Shown here one piece after another: positions 24,901 through 38,267 of a stretch of 64,000 nucleotides of DNA. This DNA is from the human T2T-CHM13v2.0 reference genome, Homo sapiens, in the NCBI RefSeq assembly GCF_009914755.1, contig NC_060930.1; one strand, given 5' to 3'. Below the pieces are notes generated by a model. The model did not search any database. It saw only the letters and a list, made by a program, of their open reading frames with translations, and was not told the origin of the DNA. Position 1 is the stretch's first letter, and each line of letters opens with the position of its first letter. Both the position numbers and the translations under genes were made by a program.

Positions 24901-27900
24901 GAAGCTTCCACTAAACATTTTAATTTCCCAAAAAAATAATTTTTCATTGTATAATACTAAATATGAATGGAATGGTCTAATAAACATCATGTAATACTTG
25001 ATTTATGTATGTATTTATAAAATAAGCATAACATTTTAATAGTTGATTAAACATCCGCTTTTAAAAATAAAATAATTTAGTTCAGTTTAAATTAGAATAT
25101 TTTATAAGGTAGTTACTTGTACTAATGTCATTTAGATAAAATATTAAAGTTACTACTCAGAATTATTATTGAAATTATAGCAGTAATAATCAAATAATAT
25201 CTTCTACAAATAGTGACGTAATTAAAAATCATTTTGTTGTGTATGGTTTATAGAGACACATACATATACTAATTCTCAGCTATATATGTAATTTCCAGTA
25301 TTATACTCAAAACACTAGATTTTAAAAATGTTTTTAGCTTGCTCATTATCTACTATAGTAAAGTGTTAATTCTTTGTTATTTTTTCCAAAGGGAACAATT
25401 TAACTTAAGTATGTGATGTAATAACATAAAGGAGATATCAAAAAGCCATCATAAAATCAATTTACAATAACTGTTACATTATTTTAATATCATATCCTTC
25501 TAAACTTCAACAGTTAATTATTTAAATAACCACTAAAGTATTTTCTTAATTACATAAAAAGTTGAACAGTTGGTATTACCCTTATTTGTCAAATTAAAAA
25601 TACAGTAAGTAGAATATAACATTTAGAAAGTTCTGTCACATAATTTATAGACATGTTCTCAATTTAATATTAATTTTTCTAACAAATATTTAGTAAACAC
25701 TCCCTGTGCATTTAGACATGAGTAACTTGGGATAGAGTAGTCAGCAATATGGGCATTAACTCCTTCATGAGAACTGATGGCTTAGCAAGATAATCACTTC
25801 CCTTGAATTATTAAAATGAGTCAGACAGGCATTGTTTGAATATATACACACCTACATGTGCACACATAAATACATACATACATATGCATGTATATTTTCA
25901 TCTAATTCTCATGCTAACTCTATAAATTCCTTGTTATCACCATTTTATTGATCATGTTATAGAGGCATATTTTACCAGTGTGTCATATTACAACACTGTT
26001 TATTCTTGTTGTTATTGGTGGTGGTGGTGGTGCTTGTTTTTGGTCACAAATTCTTGGCTTTCATAAATCACCATAGAACACTCCTTACTATGAAATTCTT
26101 TGGCATGAAAGGCATGCACTGTCAAGATGGTATAAGGGAAACTACAGAGAACAAGGAAATTGCATTGGATTTAATCGACCTGACCCTATAATACTGCCTG
26201 TCTTTATAACATATCTTATCTTTCCATTTTTAATAGCCAGTTACTTTTTTGATAGTTACTACATTTTCTCTGCATTTAATATTAAGCTATCAGTGAAAAC
26301 TTTAGCTAAAAGTGAATCTGTATCATTTTCTTTTTCTTCACTCTATATCTACATTAAGCAAAAAATGAACTCAGGTAAAGGTAGGTATAGTCATGTTCTC
26401 AGTCCTCTGTCTTCTTCCCTCCCCATCTGCAGTCTCAGGCATCTTCTTTCTATAACTGTCATCCATGCTTCTGCCAGCCACCTGGCATCTGGTGTGATCT
26501 GTGTTTGTGTAGATAACGTCAGTATAATTCAGTCCAAGGTCTTTCAGACAACAGCTCTTAACTAGCTCAATCTCTTTGACCTGTGTTCTAGCAGAATAAA
26601 GGCCATGCCCCCTTGAAGCTTCCAATGAGAAATAGTTATCTATTAGTTGGTGAATCACTTTCAACCACCTTACTTCCATCTGTGGAAAGCCTATGGTTTT
26701 CAGTTGCTTATTTGTTAACTTGATGTTTGACAGGAAAGCAAAGTAGAATGATAGGAATTGCAGATATTTTCCTGCTTATGTGCATATCACTCTCTCACAC
26801 ACACAGACGTAAGCCTGGGTGCATGTGTATCTACTCCCCAGTGCCTGTAGTGAATCCACGTTTGTTGAAGCCAACAATTATCCATGCAGCTCTCCTACCA
26901 TGTGCTCCCAGTCACCAGCTGTCTCACTTTCTAGCACGCTCAGGCTTTTGCTCTTCCCTGAAGCAGTTCACATGGGCACTATGATCCTCTCAGCTTAGTC
27001 TCTGATTCTAATCCCTATCCTATGGTCTTGGAGCTTTTTGCTTCTTCAGCTATTTCCAGTTTGAAATTCATATTTATTACTGGCTCCTCCTTCCAGAAGT
27101 GTTGGCTGTAAGGAAAAGGATTAAAATGAGTCACAAACTATTTTCATTTATTCTACTAAACCTTTTCCTAATAGCCAAGGCACACTGATATTATACAAGC
27201 ACAGTGATACCCACAAGTGGAAGTCTTTTGAATTTTTATATTAATCGACACTATATGAATGAGATTAACTTGTTCATACCTAAGCTTAGATACAGCATAT
27301 TACTTAGGAGAGCAAGATTCAGGATTCATTCTGATTTGGATCAAGTAATTTTCATTTATTCCATAGGTAGTATCGCTCCTAGCCTCATCACTCTAAGATA
27401 AGATACTTCTTTCTCATAATGTCTCTATTCACTGACTCAGTAATAATTCTTTTGGTAATATGCTCCTTTTTTTAATAACTTCTGGGTTTGCCTGCCTCAC
27501 ATTACAAGAATGGCTTGTCATCCAATATACTTTTTTAATATTCTTAGTACACATAATAATAACATGACACCTAAAAATAATTAAGAGAAGCTGGCACTTA
27601 AATTGTGATTACATTTTATTTCAAAGGCCATCCTACATTCTATTTAAGACAGAAAGAAAAGCATATATATTTAACACCTTAAATTTAGAGTTTATAAAGT
27701 AGCGCTAAAAATGCAAAAAAAAAAAAAAAAACACCCACAAATTTCCCATTGTGTGAAGAAACAATCAAAATGCTGTGTGTCATCCCCTGATGGTGATCTT
27801 GCCTTCGTCTCAGTGGGTAACTAAATAATGCTTTAATAACAGTTAACTTACAAAGTGGTTGCAGTGGATATGCTTGGAGGACTCCTTTTACTTCTTACTG

Positions 27901-29339
27901 CTCTCTATTGACCTAATAATTAGTTTTTAACAAGAAAAGGTCAGCTTCTCCTTCCATTTCTGTCTAAGGTTCTACTCATTGATTCATAGTTTTCCTTTTC
28001 TTTTAACCTTATATATGTTTCTTGCCCACATCACCCCCAGTGAAAAGAGCCCAAGCCAATGATGTCTACTTGCAGGTTCATTTGGGTTAAAAGAGAGTCT
28101 GGGTAAGAACAGGCACAGTTTAATCTATTTATCATAAAAGCTAGAAAATTCAAATGGCATGTCTTGCTGAGGGCAGGTCAGTCATAGCTGTAAAGTAAAA
28201 ACGATAGCACACTTAAACTTGTAAATAAAGACTCTCCTATGGATTTCTAGACATCTTGATTCACTTGTTTCAACTCTAAAATATATTTTTTCTTTTCACA
28301 ATATCTTCAGGTCTAGATTTTTATTGCAGCAGTTTTCTAATAAATCCATCCCACAAACAACAATAACAACAACAAATCTCTCAAGATTCAGCCAAGTTTC
28401 TTCAGGGCTCTGCCATTTGGAACATAATTCTGTTGAAATGTAACCACTGCTTGCTATCCTAATGTCCACAGGAACAAGACCTTACTCTCAGAGAAACGGT
28501 AAATATAGTCCCTTGTTCATAATACCCACTTCAAACCAAGAACCAGAAGGTCAACCCATTACAGTAAGTTTGTTTTAATGTGTTCAGTCCTGGGAGCTGA
28601 GCCACTTTTCTTCCCAAGTCCACAGTCCAGAGTTTCAGAGAACAAGGGGAAAACCAAAAAGCTCCTGTCACCTTTTGCAATGAATATCTTTCCCTAGTTC
28701 AATAATAAATCTATTGTAGAATGAGAAGTGAGAAAATGAGAACCTAAGGAAGAAAATAGATCCAGTTACTCAAGTCATTTGGAAGGTAATATTATGTTGG
28801 TCATATGTCCATGATGAAGATGAAGATAGGAAATTACATCTGGTTACTTCAAAAAAAAAGGGATATTTTAATGAGAAACAAAACTCTTTACTCAGGGAGT
28901 GGCCTATGGGTGCATGTAGTAGCCTCCCTTTACTGCCGTTTACTCAGAAGAAACAAAGAAGTAGCTGCTTACATCTGACAGCTACATCACATGTGGAAAT
29001 CCAGACTTCCAGATAAAGTGACAGACAAAAATGCAATGATAATAATGCTATAAGACATCATGGAAATTGATTAATAAAGAGGAACATGTAAAGAAGTAGG
29101 GGGTAAGATTCAATAACAAACAATTATGAAGCAAAATAACAATCAGAAAAGACTCTTCTTTAAGAACATGGTAATAATAATACTGGGATACAAAACAGCA
29201 GTTTGAAAGGTAGACTGGAGGTACATACATCCTTTAATGGTTCCAGAGGACAGAAACAAATTCTTTTAAGGCTCCCTGAAGGTGAGAAGGAGAGACAAAT
29301 ATAATAAGCCCTTGAAACGAAATTTGCAAATAATATAGA

Positions 29340-29520
29340 TTACTAGAGTCTTAAAGTGAGCAACGTTAATTTAGACCCTGTGACTTAGGCAAGTTATTTT
29401 TTAAAATATAGTTCCCTCATTTTCCTTATGTATGAAAGATGATAATAATTACATTGATCCAATATTTTTTAAGTGTTAACTGAATTAATCCTTGTAAGTA
29501 TGTAGAAAATAATAGCCAAT
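29340..29520 (+). mobile_element. MIR SINE fragment
   Basis: CTGTGACTTAGGCAAGTTA...CCTCATTTTCCTTAT...GATAATAAT. Confidence 0.65.
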
Positions 29521-30023
29521 GTTGACTACTGGAGCTTTATCTACTATTATATATGTCTATGAGTTGCTAAGTTGCAGAAAATTTAATGTAATACTAGTTC
29601 ATAATGTGTTGTTGTTAAACTATGCTTTAATAGTATTCTGAGTTTTTTGTAACTTAGAATGAATATTGATGCAAATTTCTGAAATTGAAAGTCTAAAATA
29701 TTGATAGATTTCTGGACACTGATAAAACTATGAACTTCATTATACTAGACAGACTTTTTTTCAGGAATTTATAATAATCCACTTTAATAAAATAACACTT
29801 TTATGGAATGGAATACTAGAATGGTCTACTCGAACTGATAGTGATTTTTTTTATCTAATCGGGTGTCCACAAGAAGCCAAATTTTAACCAGAAGTACGGT
29901 GACCCTAGAACTGGAACAAGGTGGGCAATTGTCTGATTCTAATGTATGAAGGTAGTCCAGAATTCTCTTAATGTTCTCCTTAACCTGACTAACCTTTAGA
30001 TAGGCTTTTTCCTGATTATAGTC

Positions 30024-30463
30024 TGATGGAGCTCAGAAAATGATACTAAAAAAATATGCTACCTTGGAATACTGAGTATTTTAAGCTGCAGGAAATTGGG
30101 AAAACCACAGAAGCAGGAAGATCACTCTTTGACTTCCTCTGGCCTTTCTCTCCTGAAGCAGGTTGTAAAATAATTATCTGACCTACCTTCCCTGAAAGTA
30201 GGTCATAGGATGCTCAGTAGAGTGATCCTTCTCTATACTGGAGGCCTAGAAGAACCTGAACAAGCAGGTGTTGCTAAATTCCCCCCAGTTTCTTACTGTT
30301 AGATGATGCCCTTTTACTCCAAGTATATTTCTGCCCTGAATATCTATAAAAATACACAATTTCTCTGGGTTTTTAAGTCTTCATTTCTGAAGGCTGCCAT
30401 GTCACATAAATTTTATATTAAATAAATTTAAATACATTTATATGTTTTTCTCTTGTTAATCTG
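30024..30463 (+). mobile_element. MER34-like ERV1 LTR
   Basis: TGATGGAGCTCAG...AAAATATGCTACCTTGG..TATTTTAAGCTG.AGGAAATT...TCTTCATTTCTGAAGGCT...TTTCTCTTGTTAATCTG; resumes briefly (TCTGTCTTTT) after 31368. Confidence 0.7.
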
Positions 30464-31368
30464 TGTTAATTTTATATTTTATAATCAGGAAAGGAGAAAA
30501 AGAGACTTTATTTCACGTGAAGTGCTACAGCCTGTAAGGTGGCCATCTCACAGGCTGAGAAGCAGGCTTCCAGCCAGGACCAGAGACAGGTACTTGGAAG
30601 GAGGAGAGGTTGGGGCAAGAGTTTTATTCTGAACACACATATTCAGTGGTTACAAAAGGAGCTATGATTATTAATGAAAATGGTCCTGACACATGGGTAT
30701 TGAACAAACATGCATGTAACATATGACCTATGTTTATTTTGGGATGGAGACAACATTTAAGTGTATTAGTTTTTGGTGTTATACACCAATTGGTATTTTC
30801 AGGACACAAATTCATGCAAGCGCACTATCTCTGTAAACCAGCCAGAATCAGTCCATAGTCTCCAGTCTTCTTACCAAAAGAAAGCTATTGAAATCCATCT
30901 CTTGACAATCAAAGCTGTAGTTACATGCAGTTGTGGAACAGGAACTAGGGGTCAGTTAGTAACCGGTGCAGCTACACATTGTTTTAATATTGCTTATATT
31001 GAGGCCAATCCTTGCTTAGCTGCTAGAGAAAAAGAAAAATCTTACGGCTGTTAGAGAATCATTTATCTTTAAGTGTAGGGATGCATGACTTAGCCCTGGC
31101 CAGGCATCGCCTTAGGTCCTACTTATAATTTGGTATCTTATTGCCACAAAAAGTCTTTTCTGTCAGTCTTAGGATCTCTATTTTAACATTAACACTGGTC
31201 AGTTGTGTTGTTTGTAAACCACAAAAAGGAGGGGATATAACAAGGTGTGTCTGACCTCCTATCCCATCATGACCAGGAACTCAGCTTTAAGGTTTTTCTG
31301 GGGTCCCCTGGCCCACAAGGGGATCCATTCAGTTGGTGAGGGTGGTAGAATTTTATTTTTAGCTTATA
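30464..31368 (-). mobile_element. MER4-group ERV1 LTR (MER49-like)
   Basis: 905 bp; the minus strand starts TATAAGCTAAAAATAAAATTCTA... and ends CA; 4-bp TSD TCTG (30460-30463, 31369-31372). Confidence 0.8.
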
Positions 31369-31895
31369 TCTGTCTTTTATTTTAGAGTTTGCATTTATTC
31401 CTTTGAGATTCAGACCTTCTATCGTTCATAAATGTCTCTCTCAGGGACCTGAGAGTCATTGCTTTGAAATATAACCATCAGAAAGATAAAGTCCCCAGTC
31501 TCAGTCATCCATTCTCTGTGGAAGAAAAGGAGCTTAACTTTTATAATGGCTAATTAGCAAACACAGGTAGTCTAACACATCGACCAATCTCCCCACTAAT
31601 GTCTTCAAGGAATTTTCCGCTAGCTCACCACGGCACTTAAAAACTCTCCCACCTTTTGTTTCAGTAGACCTGAGTTCAATTTTTCTTTGCTATTACACTA
31701 GTCTTGGTCCCTGTTGCAATAGTCTTCAATAGTCTGCTTTTTTCTGTTTAACCCATACAGTGCAATTTTTCTTTTATGGGGCTGAAAGCGTGATCTCTGC
31801 AACTTCATGTGCTGAGGCCCCCGATTTTCTTGGTTATGTTATTCAATACGGCCAACCTCTGATTCTTTTTATTTTTTATATTTTCTCCTCTACCT

Positions 31896-32037
31896 CAGTG
31901 CTTCTCAACTCTGGTTTGAAGCATCTGAGGGTGTTTAAGATACCACAGTCTGATTTAATTCATCTAAAGTAGGGTGGGGAATTGGTACTGTTTTAAATTG
32001 TCCCAGATTGCAGTAATTGACAATATTGAGAAGTACT
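31896..32037. mobile_element. MER5B-like hAT relic
   Basis: CAGTGCTTCTCAA ... TTGAGAAGTACT terminal inverted repeats; internal CTGATTTAATT. Confidence 0.7.
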
Positions 32038-32752
32038 TTTCCAGAGGATAAAACTTTTCTTTTCATGCAATGCTTCTACACACATGTAAAGTAAAATTGA
32101 TCAGATACTCATCTATCAAATTAAAATTGCCTGCCATTCCTGACATTCCTGGCCCTTATCTACATTGTCGATTCAGGGCTTACTGAACTCTTCAATCACA
32201 TATTTATTGACATCCTCTATTCGTTTCTATTATAGAAAACAGAGACCATACTTTATAGCCATGTATTACTAGTTTAGTGCTCAAAGACAACATTAAATTC
32301 TGAATGGGGGAAAGGAGAGGACCCAATTTATCTCCCTTTTTCATTTGGCTAATTTCACTGAGTTTATCCAATCTCATCTGAAGTGTGATATTCTCCAGAA
32401 CTACTTCCTTTACCCTCATGCAAGTGTGTTGCATAGATGGCAGCACTGTCATCACATGAGAGCTTGATAGACATGCAGAAGACACACCCACCATGTACTA
32501 AATCAGAATGAGCATTTCACAAAATACCCAGGTGATTTCTATGCATATCAACCTTTGGGGTATATGGATTAACTATTAATATAGTAATAGTTTTTGACCA
32601 CTCATGTGCATGTCCACAGCAAGCTGGATTTCTTGCATTAATTTTTGTATTACTAGTGTCTAGTACAACCCTGGTATTTAGTAGGTATCTAATATATACA
32701 TTGAAGACATTACTGTTTATTTATTCATAGTCTTCTTTATTATTCTTCTTAA

Positions 32753-33076
<324 letters not shown>

Positions 33077-34029
33077 TAGAATCATTTAAATAATATTCTA
33101 TGTTATTATATTAGTTGATGTTAATGACAGAATGTTTATGAAATAGAGAAATAAAAAATAAAGGTTTACTATCATCCTGAAACAACTTGGCATTTCTAAA
33201 ACCACTACTCCATTTATTTTATATGTATGTGTATAGTTGGGATCATGATGCAAATATAATTTTGAGTACTAGTTTTTCATTCAACATTATACAAGCAACT
33301 TTTCCTTGCCACTACTTACTTTTCAAAGCCATTTTTTAATGTCTACTTACTAATTTTAATGGGCATTTTAGGTCATTTACATTAGGTCTCAGCCCATCTC
33401 TCTAGCTTTAGCTCCAGACATGGGTCAAATATATATTCACCATCTGCTCTAACCAAACTAGACTTATTGCTGTCTTTACTTTTCTTACAGTTTCATTTTT
33501 TTCTGAAGAAATTCCTTTCCCTGAATGCATTTCCTACATAACTCAGCAGATTAAAATTCTACCATAGTATATGATTTTTCAAATGCAAACTTCACTGTAA
33601 AACTTGTTCATGTACATCTCAAAAGATGTCTCTCCATTCTCCAAACTCCTATCACTTGCTGTTTTTATTTTCTATTACTCTTATGGTGTTTACCACACAT
33701 ACCATAATATTGTGTTCTAGTTATATCTACCAGTCTATCCACACAGAAATTCAAGAGCCATGCCCTAATATTTAATTATATTATGATACAATTATATTAT
33801 ATATACCATTATTGTAGTATGATGCAATTATATTATAAATATTATTGTATTTATATGTGTAATATTTATAGGACTTGCTCATAGAAGATAGTAAGAACAA
33901 TTGTTGAATTATCTTCAATACAGAATCTTTTATTACTTTCCAAGACCTCTTGCCATATCTTCCGTGCAGTTGCTTACCTCAATAACCTTGAATTCCTCAT
34001 TGATTCATCTCTTACCTTCATGCACAAGA

Positions 34030-34710
34030 TACTGACCATCAGCAAGTAGTGTTTTAGAGCATTTTCACTACCTCCATCCTGACACTCTAGTCCAAGGCAA
34101 CTTTGGATTTACGCATTGACTCCCAGTTTCCACTCTTGTCCTGACAATATTTCCTTCATATGAGTCACCTTTTAAAAGACTAATCAGTGCTGTAACGCTC
34201 CTGCTTAGAACTCACCAAAGGCCTCTTATCAGAGTCAAAATAACAGTCTATTTTCTAAACATAACTTACTGAGCCCTGTCTGATTTGGGCACAGTGTGTA
34301 CTTTCTGAAACATTCCTAAACTTATCCTAAACTTATTCTACAATAGCCATACTCAAACAGGAACTCCACCCTCATTTTTAGTCTTTGAATTTGCTTTCTT
34401 TTGTGTGGAATACTCTTCTTTTAGATATTTACATGGTTCCCACTATCACATCTTCTGGATACCTGATCAGCTGGTGCTTTTGACACTTCCGTGTCCTCAA
34501 CATTTCCTCTAACATTTCTCCTCTCTCATTATCCCTTTTAAGTGTTTTGATAACACTTATAATAATTTGAAATTGCATGACATGTATTTGTTTATTGTCT
34601 GTCTTCTTCACTAGAATGTAAGCACCTTGAGGCTAGGGGCCTGTTGTCTCTTATTCACTACCTGGAACAGTTTTCGGCACATAGTCTATCAATAAATATG
34701 GAATAAATGG
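34030..34710 (+). mobile_element. LINE-2 3' region
   Basis: CTCTAGTCCAAGGC, CTCCTGCTTAGAAC, TTATTGTCTGTCTTCTTCACTAGAATGTAAGC, TCAATAAATAT L2 3' end. Confidence 0.8.
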
Positions 34711-34807
34711 AAGAGTAATATGACAATTGTTACATGTTTTTATCCTATGTTAATCTATTTTTTCTGATACCCAGAACTATAATTGGAAATGGTGAGGATA
34801 AGCAAGT

Positions 34808-35109
34808 GTAAACCCTCTATATCTGAGGTTTCTACATCTTCAGATTGAAACAAATATGGATTTTTAAAAAGCTAAAAATAAAATAAAAGTAACATATCAA
34901 TAAAAGTGCACTATAGCATCTATTTACAAATTACTTATATTGTATTGCATACTGTAATCTAGAGATAATTTAGAATATATGGGAGGAGGTGCATATGTTA
35001 TATCCAAATACTACACTGTTTTCTATAAGAAACTTGAATATCCGTGGATGTTGGTATTGGCAGGAAGAGTCTTGAAACCAATTGACACTGGATACCAAGG
35101 GACAATTAT
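34808..35109 (-). mobile_element. MER2-like TcMar-Tigger non-autonomous element
   Basis: GTAATCTAGAGATAATTTA..TATATGGGAGGAGGTGCA..GTTATATCCAAATACTAC...GAAACCAAT...GGATACCAAGGGAC. Confidence 0.75.
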
Positions 35110-36340
35110 GTATAAAAAATTGTGGTAAATTCTTATTCTCCTTTTAGTTTGACTGTATAAGCACAAAGCCACAATGACAATAAGAACCAGGGAGTAACCA
35201 AGGATTAAATTTGCATATAACATCCAAGAATCCTAAGGACTAGGAAAATAATTTCTCTTTTTCCTTCCCTCCCCACTTTCCCCCAACTGTTTCCATTATC
35301 TCTTGACTAGGAACATGAGCTTTTTATTAGGGCAAATTATAAGGTAGAGGTACTATTATAGAGACTCATCATAGCAAGTCCAAGCTTTTGTGTTTTAAGG
35401 GAAGAACATCTGAGGACAGAGCACCTAGGAGTAAAGATAAATGTTGAAGATTTGCAGGCCTGGCAGAATCTTCTACATATGTTTCTATGACTCATTATTT
35501 TCATAAAATATTTTATTTTATCATGTTCAGAATACAAAAACTTTAGTGTTCAAAAACTTCCAAACTGCTGCTTATGAAGAAACCATATTTCCCCATCAAA
35601 TGATATTTGAAGTTTAAAAACATAAGGTTAAAATGCTATCTGTGAGTTCTAATGGCATGCCAGAGCATCAGTTATTTATCCTTAATGATATTCCTGGAAG
35701 GACTAAAATGGCTAATACCATTTTGTATCAGAAATTCTAAATAAGAAAAAATACAGAATAGTGAGATGTATAGAGTAGTAAAATACATTGAAATGAATTA
35801 CTGCACACACATATATGCATAATATAAACTTACTATGGTCTTGTATACTTATTTTTAGCATTACTAAATCACAGACAAAAAATAATAAATAAATAAATAA
35901 ATAAATCTTTAATTACAAGAATATGTGCATGATATCTAATTCCACTTTATGTAAGGACCATTAGAATATTAAAAGGTCATCCTTGAATGTATTTTCATCA
36001 TACTAATCATAAAAACTGTAAGAGTATCATATTGTAGGTAACAAATGAGTTCATCCGTAAGGCTAAATGCTGGTGAGTTGTGACTTTTTGACTGAAATAT
36101 AAAGGTCGTGTCTATGAGCTGAAACTCCAGTCATCCACAGTTTGTGTCATATTAAGATTGAATAGTAGAGGAGTAACAGAATGCTAACTTGCATGCTCAA
36201 TCACTGATTGCACAGGTAATGATAGCCCATCACATGTACATAGTGAATTAAAGAATCTTCAGCACTAAATTACAAACAATTTAAAAATACATTGGAAGTA
36301 ATAGTGTCCTTGCTATGTCAATACATACCAAATTGGAACT

Positions 36341-36693
36341 TGCTATAGTTTGAATGTATCCCCCAAGAGTTCATGTGTTGGCAACTTAATGCCTCTCCTA
36401 TCCTAAATGAGGGTCTGCTTTCATAAATGAATTAATATTGCTATCACAGGAGTATATTCATTATTGCAGGAGTGACTTTGTTATAAAAGTGAGCTTTCTC
36501 TGGATCTCTTACTCTTATCCCCTTACCTTGTGATGCTCTTCACCATGTTGTGATGCACTAAGAAGGTCCTCTCCAGATGCCACTGTCATGCTTTTGAAAT
36601 CCCCACCTCTAGAACCATGAACTAAATAAACTTTTCTTTATAAATTACCCAGCCTCTGATATTCTGTTAAAGCAACAGAAAATGAACTGATAG
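36341..36693 (+). mobile_element. MST-family (MSTD-like) MaLR solo LTR
   Basis: TGCTATAGTTTGAATGTATCCCCCAAGAGTTCATGTGTTG...TAAATTACCCAGCCTCTGATATTCTGTTAAAGCAACAGAAAATGAACT. Confidence 0.85.
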
Positions 36694-36722
36694 TTCCCAA
36701 TTTTCTGAATTTTGGGGATTCA

Positions 36723-37160
<438 letters not shown>

Positions 37161-37811
37161 GGGACTAGAAAATCTAATATCCTCATACATTAAAGTATAA
37201 AAATAAATATTATAATTTCAGGATGTAATTCACATGACCCCATTCTAAAGGTTGTGAGAAATAAATTTTTTGGCACAATATCTATGTTTAGAACTTTACA
37301 TCTTACAATAAACATGAATATGGAAAAGACATAAAGTTACAGAATAAAAATGTTAAATAATTACATAAATAAATAGACACATGATACCTTAAAGTCAGAA
37401 GAAAAGAAAATTAAGGAACAGTAGAAAATTAGTAAAATTCATCATTATTTTTGAATTGAAGGATAATTATTCAATTAGCAATTAGACTTGTTTTATCTGA
37501 ATAACCCAAAAATAATGGATGGTGAATTTAAAAACTCATACCCTTGAGGAAAAAAAAGTGCATACTTTATTTTATGTTAAAAGTTGCATAAATGTGTGTA
37601 GACTTTTGACAATATAACTGACCAAGTTAATGCCTTGAGAATCTAACCACTGAATGATAGAAATACAAAAGTTCTTACAAATCATAACTTTAATTCTATA
37701 ATTATTCTGTATTCATTTCAGGTACTTTAACACACACCATTTACAAAAATATTACTTAAAATAACTTCTCATGAAAATGTGTTTCCTGATCTCATCATTG
37801 AGGCCTTCAAC

Positions 37812-38267
37812 GTGGCACTATTCACAATAGCAAAGACTTGGAACCAATCCAAATGCCCAACAATGATAGACTGGATTAAGAAAATGTGGCACATATACAC
37901 CATGGAATACTATGCAGCCATAAAAAATGATGAGTTCATGTCCTTTGTAGGGACATGGATGAAGCTGGAAACCATCATTCTCAGCAAACTATTGCAAGGA
38001 CAAAAAACCAAACACCCACCGCATGTTCTCACTCATAGGTGGGAATTGAACAATGAAAACACATGGACACAGGAAAGGGAACATCACACACTGGGGACTG
38101 TTGTGGGGTGGAGGGAGGGGGGATAGTATTAGGAGATATACCTAATGCTAAATGACGAGTTAATGGGTGCAGCACACCAGCATGGCACATGTATACATAT
38201 GTAACAAACCTGCACGTTGTGCGCATGTGCCCTAAAACTTAAAGTATAATAATAATAATAATAAAAA
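37812..38267 (+). mobile_element. 5'-truncated LINE-1 (L1PA4-like) with ORF2 C-terminal remnant
   Basis: Translates ALFTIAKTWNQSKCPTMIDWIKKMWHIYTMEYYAAIKNDEFMSFVGTWMKLETIILSKL (L1 ORF2p C-terminus), then frameshifts; L1 3'UTR and (AAT)n tail. Confidence 0.95.

Larger units (their letters stand above)
29965..31777 (+). mobile_element. MER67-like ERV1 LTR, split (about 29965-30023 and 31385-31777) by nested LTRs
   Basis: CTTTAGATAGGCTTTTTCCTGATTATAG on the left; GGACCTGAGAGTCAT..CTTTGAAAT, CTAATTAGCAAACACAG, TTGCAATAGTCTT on the right. Confidence 0.6.

Noticed and set aside
37779-38126. 115-aa ORF with real protein similarity
   Set aside because: It is the L1 ORF2p C-terminus in a truncated, promoterless, frameshifted insertion.
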